A DNA stretch of 64,000 nt from assembly GCF_009834535.1 (NCBI RefSeq), contig NC_045696.1, positions 80,912,001-80,976,000 on the forward strand, read 5' to 3'. Position 1 is the first letter of the stretch, and each line of letters begins with the position of its first letter. Below the pieces are notes generated by a model. That model worked only from the letters and a program-made list of their open reading frames with translations. It was not told the DNA's origin and did not search any database. The DNA comes from Camelus ferus (taxonomy: Eukaryota). Shown one piece after another: positions 27,223-41,926 of this stretch. The position numbers and the translations under genes are program-made.

Positions 27223-29594
27223 GTAAGTCTCGCTCATGAACACTGTACGACAACCTGCCTTCCTGTAAATATCACACAGAGACCGCAGAGTTCCTGATCT
27301 CAGGACGTGCTGTGTTAATAAGCGGATGTAGAGATGTGAAGGGGTCTTGGGTTACCTGAATTTTGACTTCCTCAACCTACCTGACATTTGCTTTACATTT
27401 TCATTAACTGGAGGCTCTAATAGGAGTCCCCCAAACCTTATTATTAAAATGTACCAATTTGTGGTATTATTAGCCAGAAAGACCCCAACATGGATACGTA
27501 AGTTTTGGTTTGGCTTGAGTTGGAAGATGCAAATGTGAGGCACATGCTATTTCAGGAGAGCACACACAGGAGGTAAGCTGCCAACATAGAAACTACTGGA
27601 TGCCACTGGTTTGGGGATGTTGGAGCAGGAAGAGGGCAGGAAAAGAAACATAGAAAAAAGGAGATGTAAAAACATCAAGGGCAGGTACCACCTTTTTCAG
27701 TCCTGTGTAAACTACTGTGCATTATAAAGCCTTTTCAGATCCTGGAGTTCATGTGTAGAGACCAGGAGAGAATCTGCAAATATTGGGTTTAGTTTGGGAA
27801 CCTTTTTTGTACTTCAAAATAGATCTAAAGCTAGCTCAGAGCACTTGGGAAATCCTTAAAAAATAGAGTCATGACAATAGAAAAATAAATCAGAGCACGT
27901 CTCCTTTATTTTAGTCTTTTCTTTCCCATTGTGTTTAGAAATGTACATGGAGAGAGACTAGGTAACTGGGGAAAACCATTCTAGCCCTATGTTTCTCCCC
28001 TTGAGTCCTGGCTTTCTCCCCTTCCAGGCAGTGGCAGTTCATTAAAGGCAAGTGGGAAAGAGGTGGAGCTTCGTTTATTTCACAAGCCTGGAGAAAGGGA
28101 TGGCTGATTAAAAATATTAGCAGGCTAAATACAATGTGGTTTTCTGGATGGCATCATGCAACAGAAAAAGGACATTACTGGAAAAATTAGTGAACTCTGA
28201 ATAAAGCCTGGTGTTTAATAATACTAATACTATCAGTATTATTAATGTCAACAATTATATCATAATAATGTAAGATGTTAATGGCTGATTCATTCATTAC
28301 CCAGCATCCCTTGCTTTATCTTTTTTTTATTAGTAGTATTAAATTAGCTCTTCTTTTTAACACTACCACTAAATGAGGTAAGCAATGCCATGTCGATACA
28401 CATGGCTGTGCACATAGACCTGGTTGAAATGCCTGTAGCCGAGGTAATGGTTGGCATTCACCCCACTCTCTCCAAAAAAGGAGAAGTGAAGGACATGAGT
28501 GTGTGTTACAGCTGCAGGGGAATGCTAAGCTTCTCTGTAATGGGAATTGAGAAAAACAAATGTGTTTTGGTTGTCACTGAGATTTTGATTGTTTGATGCC
28601 CTGAATGGAAATATACTCTCAAATGAGTTTCTGAAGAATGTCTTCCTGTAAGTTTGTCTTCTGGAAGCCATTTACAGATTTACGCACTTCAGTATGAAAG
28701 CGTGTACAATAGTAAAAATGATAATGTGGCAAAAGGATGATAATCTTATTTTGAGTCACTGCTTATATAGCTCTTTACCTTCAGACGATTGGCAAAGATT
28801 ACTTTGTGATTTATGCTTATAAATTAGAGATGTGTTGTAACAATTTGTATAGTAAATAGAACATGTGATATTCATAATATTTGTACCTAATTTGTAACAG
28901 TCCTTTATGCAGCAGCTAAATCTCTTATATCCTTATAAGAATAATGTTGTACCCTGGTTTTTTTAGTAACAGTTTTAACGAATGTTTTATCGTTATAATA
29001 TCTATAATATAATCGTTATAATCTATAAGCAGAAATACTTAAAAAAAGAATTAAAAAATTTCTCTTTCCATTTTATTGGCTTGTTTATACTATGCAGCAT
29101 ACTTGCAAGAGAGATTAGAAGCTACTGAAAATAGAAGTTCAGGAATAATAAGAGACCTAAACAAATGAGATAAGGCCCAACCAGATGCGAGGAAATAGTG
29201 GAGAAAATTAGACCAGGGTTCTGCCATCTATCCTGTTCAAACAGTAAACTTAGCGTGAGATAGGATATTTGCCAATATAGAATTTTTCATCATGAGCATT
29301 TACACGATGTGTGAACTGAAAAACCCTATTTCCCTATCGATTAAGGTCGGAATGTTCCTACCACTCTAAGACAGTATTTCTTACCATTTCCTACCATTCT
29401 GAGACAGTGTTTCTTGTATTCTACAAGGAACTTGCATGATTAAATAATAATTTAGCCGTCCACTTGACTAAGATGTTATAGGTGACATTGCTTCGAAATG
29501 CATGAGACCCAGAGTGAGATAAGACTTCTTTTATTCTCAGCGTCACTTACTTTCTTGAGGTGATTTCAGGGGTTAGAACATGTCTGCTATGTGA

Positions 29595-29795
<201 letters not shown>

Positions 29796-30189
29796 TAAGG
29801 TTTTTGCATTTTGGTAGGAGTTGTTACTGCAGACACTCTTGCATTTACTGCTAAAATGACTTTTGAAAGCCCATTTTTAAAATACTGTCTTTTCCTAGCA
29901 GGCATGACTTTGGTTCAGCTCGTAGTGGGTTATTTACCTTAAATCTGAGTCAGTTGCTGAGAATTTTTGAGTCCATTTTTGAGGGACTCTGAATGCTCCC
30001 AGAGCACAGTCATTTTTTCCTGGCCAGTCTCTTTCCCACGCCTTAGATTTGTGATTTGATTTAATTAAAGGCAGACTGCGAGCTGTGTTCACTTAAAAGT
30101 CAAAGTGAAATAGTCATAACATTTTTCCGTGGGTTATATTTAAATTCTTGTTACCCTCTGTCTTATTTTTTCAGCTCATGGGATTATTT

Positions 30190-31470
30190 TCTTTAATAAC
30201 ACTTTTATTAAGATATAATTCACATACCGTAGAATCCAGCCACTAAAGTGTAACTCACATACCATACAGTCTACCCACTTAAAGTGTACAATCTAGTCAT
30301 TTTTAGCGTAGTCACAGAGTGGTGTGCAACCATCACCGAATCAATTTTAGAACATTTCATCACCCCAGAAAGGAGCCCCACACCTATTAGTGGTCACTAC
30401 CTATTGCTCCTTCATTTAGCCCCTGGCAACCACTAATCTACTTTCTTTCTCTGTAGATTTGCCTGGTCTGGGCATTTCACATAAGAGGAATCATACAATA
30501 TGTGGTCCTTTGTGACTGACTTCTTTCACTTAGCTTGAAGTTTATCTAGGTTATAGAATATATTATTTTTCATTTGTTTTTATTGTCAGATAATACTCCA
30601 TTATCTGGATATATTTCGTATAAATGGATTTAGCCATTCATCAGTTGGTAAATATTTGGATTGTTTCTGCTTTTTGGCTATTATGAATAATGCAGCTATA
30701 AACATTCTGTACTAGTTTTTATGTGCAGACATGTTTTCATTACTCTAGGGGTGAAACTGTCGGATCATATGGTAACTCTATGTTTAACATTTTGAGGAAC
30801 AGTCAGAATGTTTTCAAAAGCGGCTACACCATTTTACATTCCCACAGTGTGTGAGGGCTCCAATTTCTCTGTTATCATCACCAAGACTTATTGTCTCTCT
30901 TTTTGATTATAGCCATACTGATAGGTGTGAAATGGTATCTCATTGTGGTTTTGATTTGAATTTCCCTAATGACTAAACATGCTGAGTGTTCCGTGTTTGT
31001 TTATTAGCCATTCATGTGTTATTGTCCATTTTTCAGTTAGGTTGGCTTTTTATTATTGAGCTGTAAGAGTTATTTATATATTCTGGATACAAGTCTCATA
31101 TCAGTTTTATGATTTGCAAATATTTTCTCCCGTTCAATGTGTTTTCTTTTTTTACTTTCTTGATAGTGTCCTTTGAAGCACAAAAGTTTTAAACTCTGAT
31201 AAAGTTCAGTTTATCTTCTTTTTTCCTTTATTGCATGTGCTTTGGCTTCATAGCTAAGAAACCACTGAAATCATGAAGATTTATGCTTGTTGTCTTCTAA
31301 AAGTGTTATAGTTTTAGCTCCCACATTTAGGTCTTGATTCATTTTGAGTTACTTTTTGTATATGGTGTGAGGTAGAGGTCCAGCTTCACTCTTTTGCGTG
31401 TGGATATCCAGTGGTTCTGGCCCTGTTTGTTGAAAAGTCTGTTTTTTCCCTACTGAACTGTCTTGACACC
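30190..31470 (-). mobile_element. L1 (L1MB-like) 3' portion, antisense
   Basis: Diagnostic antisense L1 motifs: cccctggcaaccactaatctactttc, accattttacattcccac, gtggttttgatttg..tttccctaatgacta. Confidence 0.85.
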
Positions 31471-32404
31471 TGGGACTATTTCTTTTTATAGCTGATTTTA
31501 GCTCCATGTGAAAACAGGAAAACAAGCAAACAAAATTATTCCATTTTATTATTTCAGTTCATTGAACAAATGCAGTGGAGAATGCTAAAGACATATGCAT
31601 TTGGGAATTAAACATTTTTTGACTTCCAGTGTCATGTGGTATTTTAACATCTTTTTTCACATAATATGTGAATATTTGTGGACCTAAGAATGTTTTGTAA
31701 CAGCAGCTACCAGCAATTTGTATGATTCACAGTTTAATTCTACAGACTCTTACTGAACTTTTACAACTACTCTCGAAAGTAGATCAGATAGTTGTTGTTG
31801 TTATTGTTATTATTGTTGTTTTGTTTTCCATTTTTATTTATTTTTTTTTTTTCTGTTTGATTCATTTATTAACATTTAAGTGAGACAGCTTTGCATTGTT
31901 TGGTGGGTGGTCCAGGGATTATAACATGCATCTTTTTAAAAATTTTGTCCCCATTTTTCAAAGTTAAAACTGAGATTAAAGAGGTGATGTGACTTGTCTG
32001 TACCACTGACAGCAAAAGCCAAAAATGGCTTTGAGCCCAGGTCTGTGGACTTTGGACCCAGTGCATTTCCCAACACCATGCAACCCCAATCCGTTGACAT
32101 TTAGGATTAGAGACTGCTTCAGGGTTGCCCCAAATTGAGGCAAGCAGGTTGGGCCTTTGTTATCCCCTCCTCTCATTGACTGGTCATCAAATGTAGGCTG
32201 ATCCCAGGAGAGAAGCATGCCTTTGGGGGAGGCAGGTCCCTATGGCCTATGGAGGGCAATTCCTGGAAAGGACTTCACTGTGAGTAGTCAGTGGCCAGCA
32301 CTCCCAGCAGCTGAGGGAATGGCTGTCTTGATCCCACAGTGAGGACATTTGGGAGGCACACCACATACTCACCACATCCTGCAGTGTGTACATTGTTTCT
32401 CGAC

Positions 32405-32575
32405 CCTTCCTACACATCAAAATCATGGTTGGACTTTTATAAAAACACAGAGGGCTGGACTCATTCCAGGCTTACTGGATCCCAATTTCCTGGAGTGAGG
32501 CCCAGGCACCTGTGTTTTATAATATTCCACTGGTAATTCCAGCGCACAGCCAGGATTATGTAGTGCTCATCTAGA
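32405..32575. mobile_element. MER5A-like hAT element
   Basis: cacatcaaaatca..ggagtgaggcccagg..ctgtgtttta..ggtaattc pattern. Confidence 0.55.
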
Positions 32576-35454
32576 GCAGCGTATGTGGCCTTAAACATTA
32601 ATGATGGTCTGTGCTTTTACAAGTGACCTTTATTCTTTGCCTTCTCATGTGCCTTTTTAAAGAAAGTCACCATATGACTGTTTCTGAGATGACATAAAAA
32701 TGGCCCTGTTTACAGTTAAAACATATGTGCACACACACACAATTTCTTGTTTCCTGGCCAGTCTCCCAATTCTGTGGGTCAATTTCTGTCTCATTTACAA
32801 AACTGCAGTATCTTTCTGTCAGCTCTTGCATGTTATTGATACAGGAGTGTCTGCTTTATCTATAAAGCACATTTGACAAAAGAGAAAAATAATTTTTTCC
32901 TAAAATTGAAATAAGTTGCAGAAATACATTAAGTTGACAAATGAGCTCATTGGGCTGAGCAGTGAATCATGATTTTGGAACTATGATCAGCTAATCAGGA
33001 GAGGAGGATGAATCTCAGCTTCACTCATCCCCGTTATTAGTTCTCTATAATACATGGCTTAGTAAGTACCGGTAAAGTTTGTTTTTAAGTGTTCAGGATC
33101 CTGAAAGAATATTTTTCTTTGGCATATAAATTTGTCTTTTAAAATCTAGACTTCCTCTAAAATCATAGCATTTTAGGGCTTGAAGGAACTTTAAGATATT
33201 TTCTGATTGAACGTTTCCCAGTGATCCTTGGATCCACAGTAAGAGAGCTGGGTAAGGTAGCATCTTTTGCAGATTTTATCTCATGCTTGGAAGTTCACAG
33301 AGCACATTAAAGGCGGGCAATTTCAAGCTTACTTTGTAGAAACGAGGAAATGAGTTCATTGAATTTCAAATTAACTGTGTGTCATTGAGCTCTGATCTCC
33401 CAGTCATCTCACTTGCTTTGACGGTCACATTTCTAAGTGGTGTGTATATCACGCCCTCAGACTTTTAGTGTACACACACACACACATCCTGGAAACATAT
33501 TTTACATTTTCCCCCTTCTCTGTATCTCCACATTTCATTTGACTCCTGCGTTAATTCCAACTGTAAGATACATTTCTATTTAATAATTTCAAACCTGTGA
33601 GCTTGTATTCTTAGGAAAAAGGTAAAAGTAGAATTAAAAAGCTCACCTTGCAGGCTGCCTGCAGTGGGGCCCCTCCCTTTCTCCGAGGACCATGAAGTAC
33701 CATCCTCAACTTTACCCCTCCTCTTCCTCCATTGACTTCTCTGCCCTCCACTCTTCTGAGACTCAGAACTTCCCTGCACAAGTCACGTGCCTAGCAACAA
33801 GTATAATTTTGGCTGTTGGATAAAGAATAGGGTATAGCACAAAGCAGATGGAGGGAAATGACAGTCAGCATTCAGCCAGCCTGACCAGGGAACACAGGCT
33901 CTCTTCCAGGACCCTCCCAGTCAGGAGAGATTGGAGTCTTTAAATTGCCAACTCCCTCAACTGGGCTGAGGCTTTATTTTTTCTCCCAGTGCTGGAATCC
34001 AGCCCCACACCAGTTCCCTGAACTGAGTTCTCTGCTCCCCTCACTTCCTCCTGGTTCCTTCTCAGCAGCCGTGACTGAGGGTTTTGCCCAGCCTCCGTGT
34101 GCTGATTCATGACCTCGAGCCTCGGAATACTGTTCATCCCGTGCCATGCTGAACTAAGAGTAGCTGTGAGAATCTCTACAGAAAACAAAAGGTCTGCTCT
34201 AAAAAGTAAAACTGCCTTGGAGTTGAGAACAGCTCCCAACCCATTGGAAGCTGTCTTTGACAACTCAAATTGGACTAGAGATCAGGGAGAAGAAATCATA
34301 ATCCACAGTCTAAAACTGACTGGTTTATACTATGTTTGAACAAGCCAAAAGTGAGTAGAACCAGTTAGATCCAAGTAGAGAACATTTTAAAATACTGTGT
34401 GCCATGAATGGATGGTGTCTGAGGATGAAACCATTTTTTGCTCATGGAAACTTGACATGCATAATTTTGCTGCCTTGGTAACAAGTTTGGAAGTGAGAGA
34501 GGGCATCTGCACTGTTACCACCACTAGGCTGGCCCATGCAATGAAAATAAGCAGCTGATTTAATGCCTCTGTATTTTAATATTAAACTGCATTGGAAAAT
34601 ACACAGTTTTGAAAATTGCTCAAACTCTTCATGCTTCCAGTAACTGTGGAACAGTGCCAGATAGTGCTTGCAGTTTGCCCACGAGTGGGTGATATGAGGA
34701 ACCTCCTCTGGGGAATCTGAAGTTAATTGGGAACCAGATGTCTAGAGATCTGGGTTCTTCCCAACTCTCTTGCCTCCAGATATGTGACCTTTCAAATCTC
34801 TCATTTTGCCTTTCTGACACTCTGTTTTTTCACCAACAAAGAGAATAATATCTGCCCTACCTAGCTCATAAGACTGGATGTGAAAGCAATTTGAAAGCTG
34901 TAAAGCACCAGTTCCTGTAAGAAATTACTGTGTTATTTCCAGGAAACTCATCATCTGGAAATATGCTGGCTCACGGTAAATTTGAGCAGGGATAAAAAAC
35001 ACAATACTCAAATCAACTATTTAGGAATTAATATTTATGTTAGAGACAAATGTTTTAATTAACAAGATGTTTAATGGGCCTCATTTTAAATGATTAGATG
35101 ACTCTTGCTGGAGAAGTAAAACTTGCTTTGCTTTCCTACCACGGGCACCTCTTCATCCTGTGACAAGTAGGGGCCCATGATTAAAACACTGTCTAGAGGT
35201 GTCCTGCCAGAAATCTATAGCTGACTTCTCCTGGTGGGAATCAATTTTTGGATTCCGCATTGCTGATTGGATTACACCTTCCCCTGAAATATAAAATGTA
35301 TTCTGAAACACAATGTGAGTTCAGTTTTGCTTTGTTTTGTTTCAATTTTAGGCACTGTTGATTATTCTTTGAAGGCGTGTAAGCTTTCTAATTGAAATCA
35401 CTGGTTATTAATTGATTCATAATACTACCAAAGTTTTTGAGTCATTCCACATCC

Positions 35455-35640
35455 AAGGTGCTTTTTATGCATGACTTCATTTAATTTTCACATCAACCTT
35501 ATGGAGTGGATGCATAATTATTTCCATTCTACAGATGAGGCAGTGAGGCCAAGTGAGGTTGTGGTAACTTGCCCACATCATACAGCTACTGATGAGTGGA
35601 ACTGAGATTCAAACCATGTCTTTCGGATTTCATCTTGTGC
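35455..35640 (-). mobile_element. MIR SINE
   Basis: ccattctacagatgagg..gaggtt..aacttgccca..tcatacagcta..gattcaaacc. Confidence 0.7.
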
Positions 35641-38600
35641 TATCTTTGTGGCTCAGCTACGAAGCTTCCCTCATTTCAAGGGAAATAGGAGTGTTCTAAC
35701 ATTAAGCCTACCAGAAATCTATGAGAGATACTTTATTTAAAAAATTTTAAAAACCAGATGAACATTTTGTTTTTTAATGTAATTGCTTGATAGATAAAAA
35801 TTTCTTAGGCTTAAAGAAAGATCTACATACTATAATTACCGTACCCTATAATTTGTGCACCAAGCTGAAAGGACTTGTCTTCAAGAAACTTAAGCTGCAG
35901 TTATAATGAAAAGAATAAAAACCTGAAAATTAAGTGTACCACTTGCTGGTTTCACTTTTTTTTTTTTTTTTCCTTCGTGGGATAACCTCCAAGCTCTATA
36001 AAATTCCTGGAGGAGAGGTTACATTTGAGCAGAGATGACAGATCGTGGCTGGAGAACTTTTGATTTAGATCATATAATTGCTTTTATTTGATTCCAAAAA
36101 TTATATAAATGGTAATCGCAGCAGATAGCGAGAGTAAAGATTAGTACCCGGCAGAGGCCAGCAATTACTCTGAGGCTGAGCACGTGCCCTGGCAGAGAGA
36201 GGAAGGAAGAGAGAGACTCTTAAAAATGAGAATGAAAATGGCTAGGCCGTAGTGGGAATGGTTTAATAAAAGGTTTTGTAGAATCTTATCTTGGGGGCAC
36301 TGAAGGACATACCTGCCAGAGGTTGCCAAGTCCAGACTGAAGTCTAAGTCACACATGCTGTGCTCACCCTGAACATTCTTACATTTAATAGCTTGCTGTT
36401 TTCAAAAGAAAACCAATGAAAAAAAAAAAATTACATGTGTGCGCATGCGCACAATATATAAGGTCGTAATCTATAAAGTGTCACGTGTAATATGCAAAGT
36501 CAGTGCTAAATAGAACCAGCATGTCTAGTGGATTTTCACCAACTCCCTCATTTACAGATGAGAAAACTGAAGCCCAGAATGGTTTACTGCATTTAAAAAG
36601 ATTTGCCAAACACGGAATAAAATGGGTTCTGTCTCAAACCCCTGAGAAGCTACAGATCCCAGTTCTCCCATAACGGATACCACTCTAGAATAAAACTCTC
36701 TCCACAAAGAACACTAAAGCCCCAGCCACAATTATTCTTATTTCTGGCAGCATTTACTGCTGCAAAACCTACAACAATGAGAGGATTTATACCTCCTCTT
36801 GAAGTTTATGGCAAGGAAATATGATCTATAAATCTCAACGTCTCAAAAAATAAAGCATCTCACCCCTGGAGAAACACAATAAGCTCCTTCGGGCACTTCT
36901 CAGAGATCCGGAGACCCCACTCGGAGCAGACCCCTCTTCTCTTGACTCCTCCTCCCCGTGCTGAGGGAGGAGGACCAGGGGGAGGGGGCGGGGGTCTGCC
37001 CCAGAGAAGAGCGAGGAGAGGAGCTGGAGGAAAGCCACTGCCAAGACCGTTTACACTGGGGAACTAGTACCCTGCTCTTCAAGCACAGGCAGCTTTTCAG
37101 CAATCACAAACATTAAAAATATGAATTTTAAAGACCCCACATTCTCATCACCCTAAACAATTTACTTTTATTTTCCACGTTCCTTTTTGGTCCATGTTAG
37201 TATACGGACTTCTATTTCCTGAGGTGTAATTTGCTTCCTTTTCCTATAACTCACCTGATGGCTGTCTCAAGTCCCATTTCCACACAATGGAAGAAAATTT
37301 AGTTTAATTACTTCGTGGTAAATATGGCCAGTGTCAGTGATTTCTTGTTCTTTCTGCTCCGCAGCCAGTCAGTCAGGGTGCTCCCTGGACTTTCCTGCCC
37401 TCCCCAACACAGCCCCACCCTTGGTACAGGTGCTCGGGGGCCCTGGATCTTTGGGGAGAGGCTTCTAGCGCTCAGTATTGATCTGGCTCAAGCCTGTTCT
37501 GGCATCTGCTTCCTGTAACCTGGAGGACCTCAGCCTTCTCCTCTCAAACCTGTCTTCCTGTCACGTCTCCTCTATTGCTGCCACATCCTGTGATGGTCGT
37601 TTCTCTGGGTTCCCCTGGCAGCAGGGCTCAGATCCTCCGGCTCCATATCCCTGTTTGAGAGAGAGTGGGATCTGTCCTTTCTCCCTGGAATTCTGCTTGA
37701 GGACAAAGGACAGGGTCCCTGCACTAAATCTCACAGTGATTTCTTTACGCTCCTGACTTAGCTCAAAGGATCTCTACCCCGTTCCCCAAATCTAAGAAGT
37801 TGACATCCTTGTGCCCTGGTTCCTTTGTGAGAGTGCCATCCTAGGAGAGAATACCTGCTTCATATCTCCAGTCACAGAGAGGGGGAAGTTAACATGTGTA
37901 AGGGGAAAACTTATTTAATATTTCATAGCATCAGCCTGCCACATATGTAGTCGTCTTGTGATTGTCACTTTGCATTCGGGCAACTTTAACACACTACCAG
38001 AGGTATTCTGCTAGTCAGTCATTGTTTTTAATGGCTGCAAGAAGTTATATCCATCGTGTGGCTATAACATAATCTAGTTAACCATCCCCCTGTTATTGGG
38101 CATTTATTTCCAATTTTTAGCGATTATACATAGCATTGCTATGAGTTAGTGAGTTTTGAAAGAAAAACTTATCTTAACAAAAAGCCCGAGAATGCAATTT
38201 TTAAAAATTGCTCTCAACTAAAGTGGATGGAGCGATTGCCGTGTGATGGCTTGGTGCCCACTAGCTCTTCTCTTGCTTTTAAAGATCATAAATAATTCTG
38301 CACATTAGGGGCTCCGGTTCTTGCCCTACGCTGACGGCTATCATTTGCACCACCCCAGGGTTATGAGGATGCGGTGTTTCGGAAGAGGTTAGAATCCGCA
38401 ACGGCTGAGAACTGTTGTTTGCTGGGGACTGGATCAAGGGAGACTGGACATACTAGTGCACAGAAGTTCCTCTCCCTTGGCTTACACTTAGCCACAGTTT
38501 TATGGTTTGAAATTCCAGAGCCCCTTTTTCTTACAGCAGTGAAAATCTAAGTCTAATCAGTATTTTGAAGTAGTGAAAAATTAGAAACAAATGCCCACCA

Positions 38601-38744
38601 ATAGAGAGCTAGTTTAACTGTTATGGTGTGGATGTGGAATACTGTGTCACTGTTGATAAAAAAAAAAAAAAGCGGGCAACTCTCTATGTGCAGATATCAA
38701 AGGATTTCCAGGCTGTACTGATGAATTATAAAAAATAATGTTCA

Positions 38745-38850
38745 AAAGAGTTCAGGTCTTTTACGTATGAGCTACCCGTTCTCCTTGCATCGCCCTGCAA
38801 TAAATCTTTCTCTGCTCAAAAATAATAATAATAATAATAACAACAACAAC
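38745..38850 (+). mobile_element. Short polyadenylated LTR-like 3' fragment (probable L1-mediated retrocopy)
   Basis: AATAAA at 38799-38804, a tail from 38818 decayed to (AAT)n(AAC)n, and a degenerate TSD aataatgttca/aacaacattca. Confidence 0.6.
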
Positions 38851-39084
38851 AACAACATTCAGTAAGGTGTTTATAGTATTCTAACATTTGTGTAGAAGGA
38901 AGGAATACATATACATGCTTATAAATTCATCGACTATTTCTGAAAGAAGGTAATATGAGTTGCCCTTAGGGAGGGGAAACGAAGGCTGGGAACAAAGGGA
39001 TGAAAATGAAGTTTTTTTCATCATATAATCTTCTACCTCTGAAGGTTTGTACTATGAGCATATATTATCCATTACAGAATGTAA

Positions 39085-39700
39085 TTTATTTAGTGGTTCC
39101 TCAAAAGCTAAACATAGAATAACCATATGATCCAGCAATGCCATTCCTGGGTAAATACCCGAAAAAAAAAAAAACTGAGGACGGGGCTGAGAGACTATAT
39201 GCCCACATTTACTGCAGCATTATTCACAACAGCCAAGAGGTGGAAACATCACAAGTGCCTGCCCACAGATGACTGGACGAACAGACCATAGTCTGTACGT
39301 ATAATGGAATATTATTCAGCCGTAAGAAGGAAGGAGATTCTGGCACAGGCTACATACAGCATGAATGAATCTTGAGGATGTTACAATAAGTGAAATAAGC
39401 CAAACACAAAAGGACAAATATAGTTTGATTCCACTTAGATGAACTATCTAGACCAGGCAAATTCCTAGAAACAGAATGTAGATTAGCAGTAACCAGAGGT
39501 CGCAGGGAGGGGAAATGGGAAGTCACTGCTTAATTATCAGAGTTTCTGTTTGGACTCATGAAAAAGTTTTGAAAATAGAGATCATGATGGTTGCACAACA
39601 TGTGAAGGTAATTTGTAACACTGAATGGTACACTTAAAGATTGTTGAAAGATTGCAGATTTTATGTTACATATATTTTACCGCAATAAAAAAAATCAAAG
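39085..39700 (+). mobile_element. L1 (L1MA/MB-like) 3' end
   Basis: aaacatagaataaccatatgatccagcaat..., aatggaatattattcagcc and a terminal caataaaaaaa. Confidence 0.85.
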
Positions 39701-41584
39701 AAAATGTAGTCTAATTTGAAGAGAAATGTCCTATTTAACCTCTTGTCTACCAGAGGTTTCCAGAAACATTCTTCCAACCTGACCCCATCCTCCCAAAGCA
39801 AATAGTGCCAGGTGCATACTGTGTGCGGGGGTCCTCTGTTGGGCACTGCCCAAAATAGAAAGATATGTGCACGAATGCCCTGTGCTTCAAAAGGGCTTAT
39901 CGCATAGCCTTGCCAGCAGGTGTGCCTGTCACTAGTGTGTAAAGCGAAAAGGGTGCCGGGGGAGTGCAGAGGCAGGAACAAACCGATTTAGACTGGCTCA
40001 TTCAGGACAGCTTGACCGGGGAAGAGGGATCCTGCGAAGCAGAGAGGGGCCCTCAGGGCTCAGAGGGTGGATGAGTTAGGTTGGCTGACCTGCCTTACTG
40101 GGGTGCACGTCTGTGCACCGGGCGGTGGTCTCCGGTCACTGCAGTATGGGTCTGCAAGGATCAGACTGAAGGGGATTCTGCACAGGCAGTCGAGGCCAGA
40201 TGGTGTCAGTTCTTAAACGTAGAATTTATTTGGACTTCTCAGTACTGGTGGGGAAATAGCTTAGGTATTCTTTCTGTTCTTCTTCCCACTGTCCTGTTTG
40301 CCATCTAGGAATGTGAGCCTCTTTCCCTTATCTGACAGAAAAGGGTTTACACTAAAAAAAACCCTTTTTTTTCCAACTCAAACTCTGTTTGCCATCTAGT
40401 GATTAATCCATGCCATTACAGCACCCTAGTTCAGAGTCCTCGTTTCTCATACTGCAGTTAAGCTCACAGGCTTCCAGACTCCTGCTGTTGGCTGTTGGCT
40501 TCTGCCTGGAACTGCACTTCCCCTGTGTCCTGATACAGCACGTTGGCATCAGATACCTCAGTAATGAAATCTGACCCCTCTGACTAGTAATAATATTTGA
40601 CTGAAAGAACAATGTAATTGTTTGGAAGAAAATGCACTTTAGAAATGAAGTGTCATAGAAAGTTTAAGTAGGTTCTGATTTGAAAATGACCCCATAGCAG
40701 CCTCTTCGTGTGGGTGTAGACTTCTCAGATAAGCGGGCGAGAGTCTGACAGCAGTGGGTACCGCAGCCATATCCGGACTTTCTCTTCTTCCTGTGTGTCT
40801 TCTAGAGATAAGGACATTAACAGCCCAGCCTCCAAAGAGGCAATACTTATTTGAAAATTATTCTCCAAATTTCTGACTTTCTGAATGCAGATCAAAGTAA
40901 GAAGCTGCACCTTCTTCTTCTGTTTGTTACATCATTGAGTAGCAAAGGCCGTTCAAAGGCTTTTCTTTTAAAGGTTGTCGCTAATCATTTGGGAGAGTGG
41001 GCCAAGAAATACTGTGTTATATGTGCAGGAGATTTAAAACTCAACATGAGTCACTCAGAATTCCTGAAGGGCCCAGGGTAACATTTTGCATCTGAACCAG
41101 AGTTTTCAGGGATGAATCAGTTTCTAAACAATGATAATTTCTGCACTGGAAAATGTCCTGGGTCCCCTGTGTCTTTTTGCCCCTGAGATCTGGGCTGTGG
41201 GAACTCATTTACTCAGTAATTATTAACCAAATGCCTACTATTTGCTGAACTCTGAGCTAAGTACTGTGGCTATAACTTGTTATATATAAAACTGTTAAGA
41301 TAACACTTTTTTAAAACTTTGTTATAACTGCTCCATTTTCCATGAGACCCAAGCAAGGCTTTCTTACAATGGATTTGTCCTTGGAAGGATTATGCTGCAG
41401 AGAGATAGTGGTTACACTTCTCCCTTTACTGCCAAGTTCAGCTTATTTTTCAGGTTGCTATGAACTGTTAGTCTGGATTACAGCTTCTGGCCTCCAATCC
41501 AGCAGCACCCTCTTCCCCTCAAAGCCTGGAATGTGATAGAATGTATTGTAGGAAGCCATTCACTCAGTCTCTAACGCCATGTGA

Positions 41585-41926
<342 letters not shown>

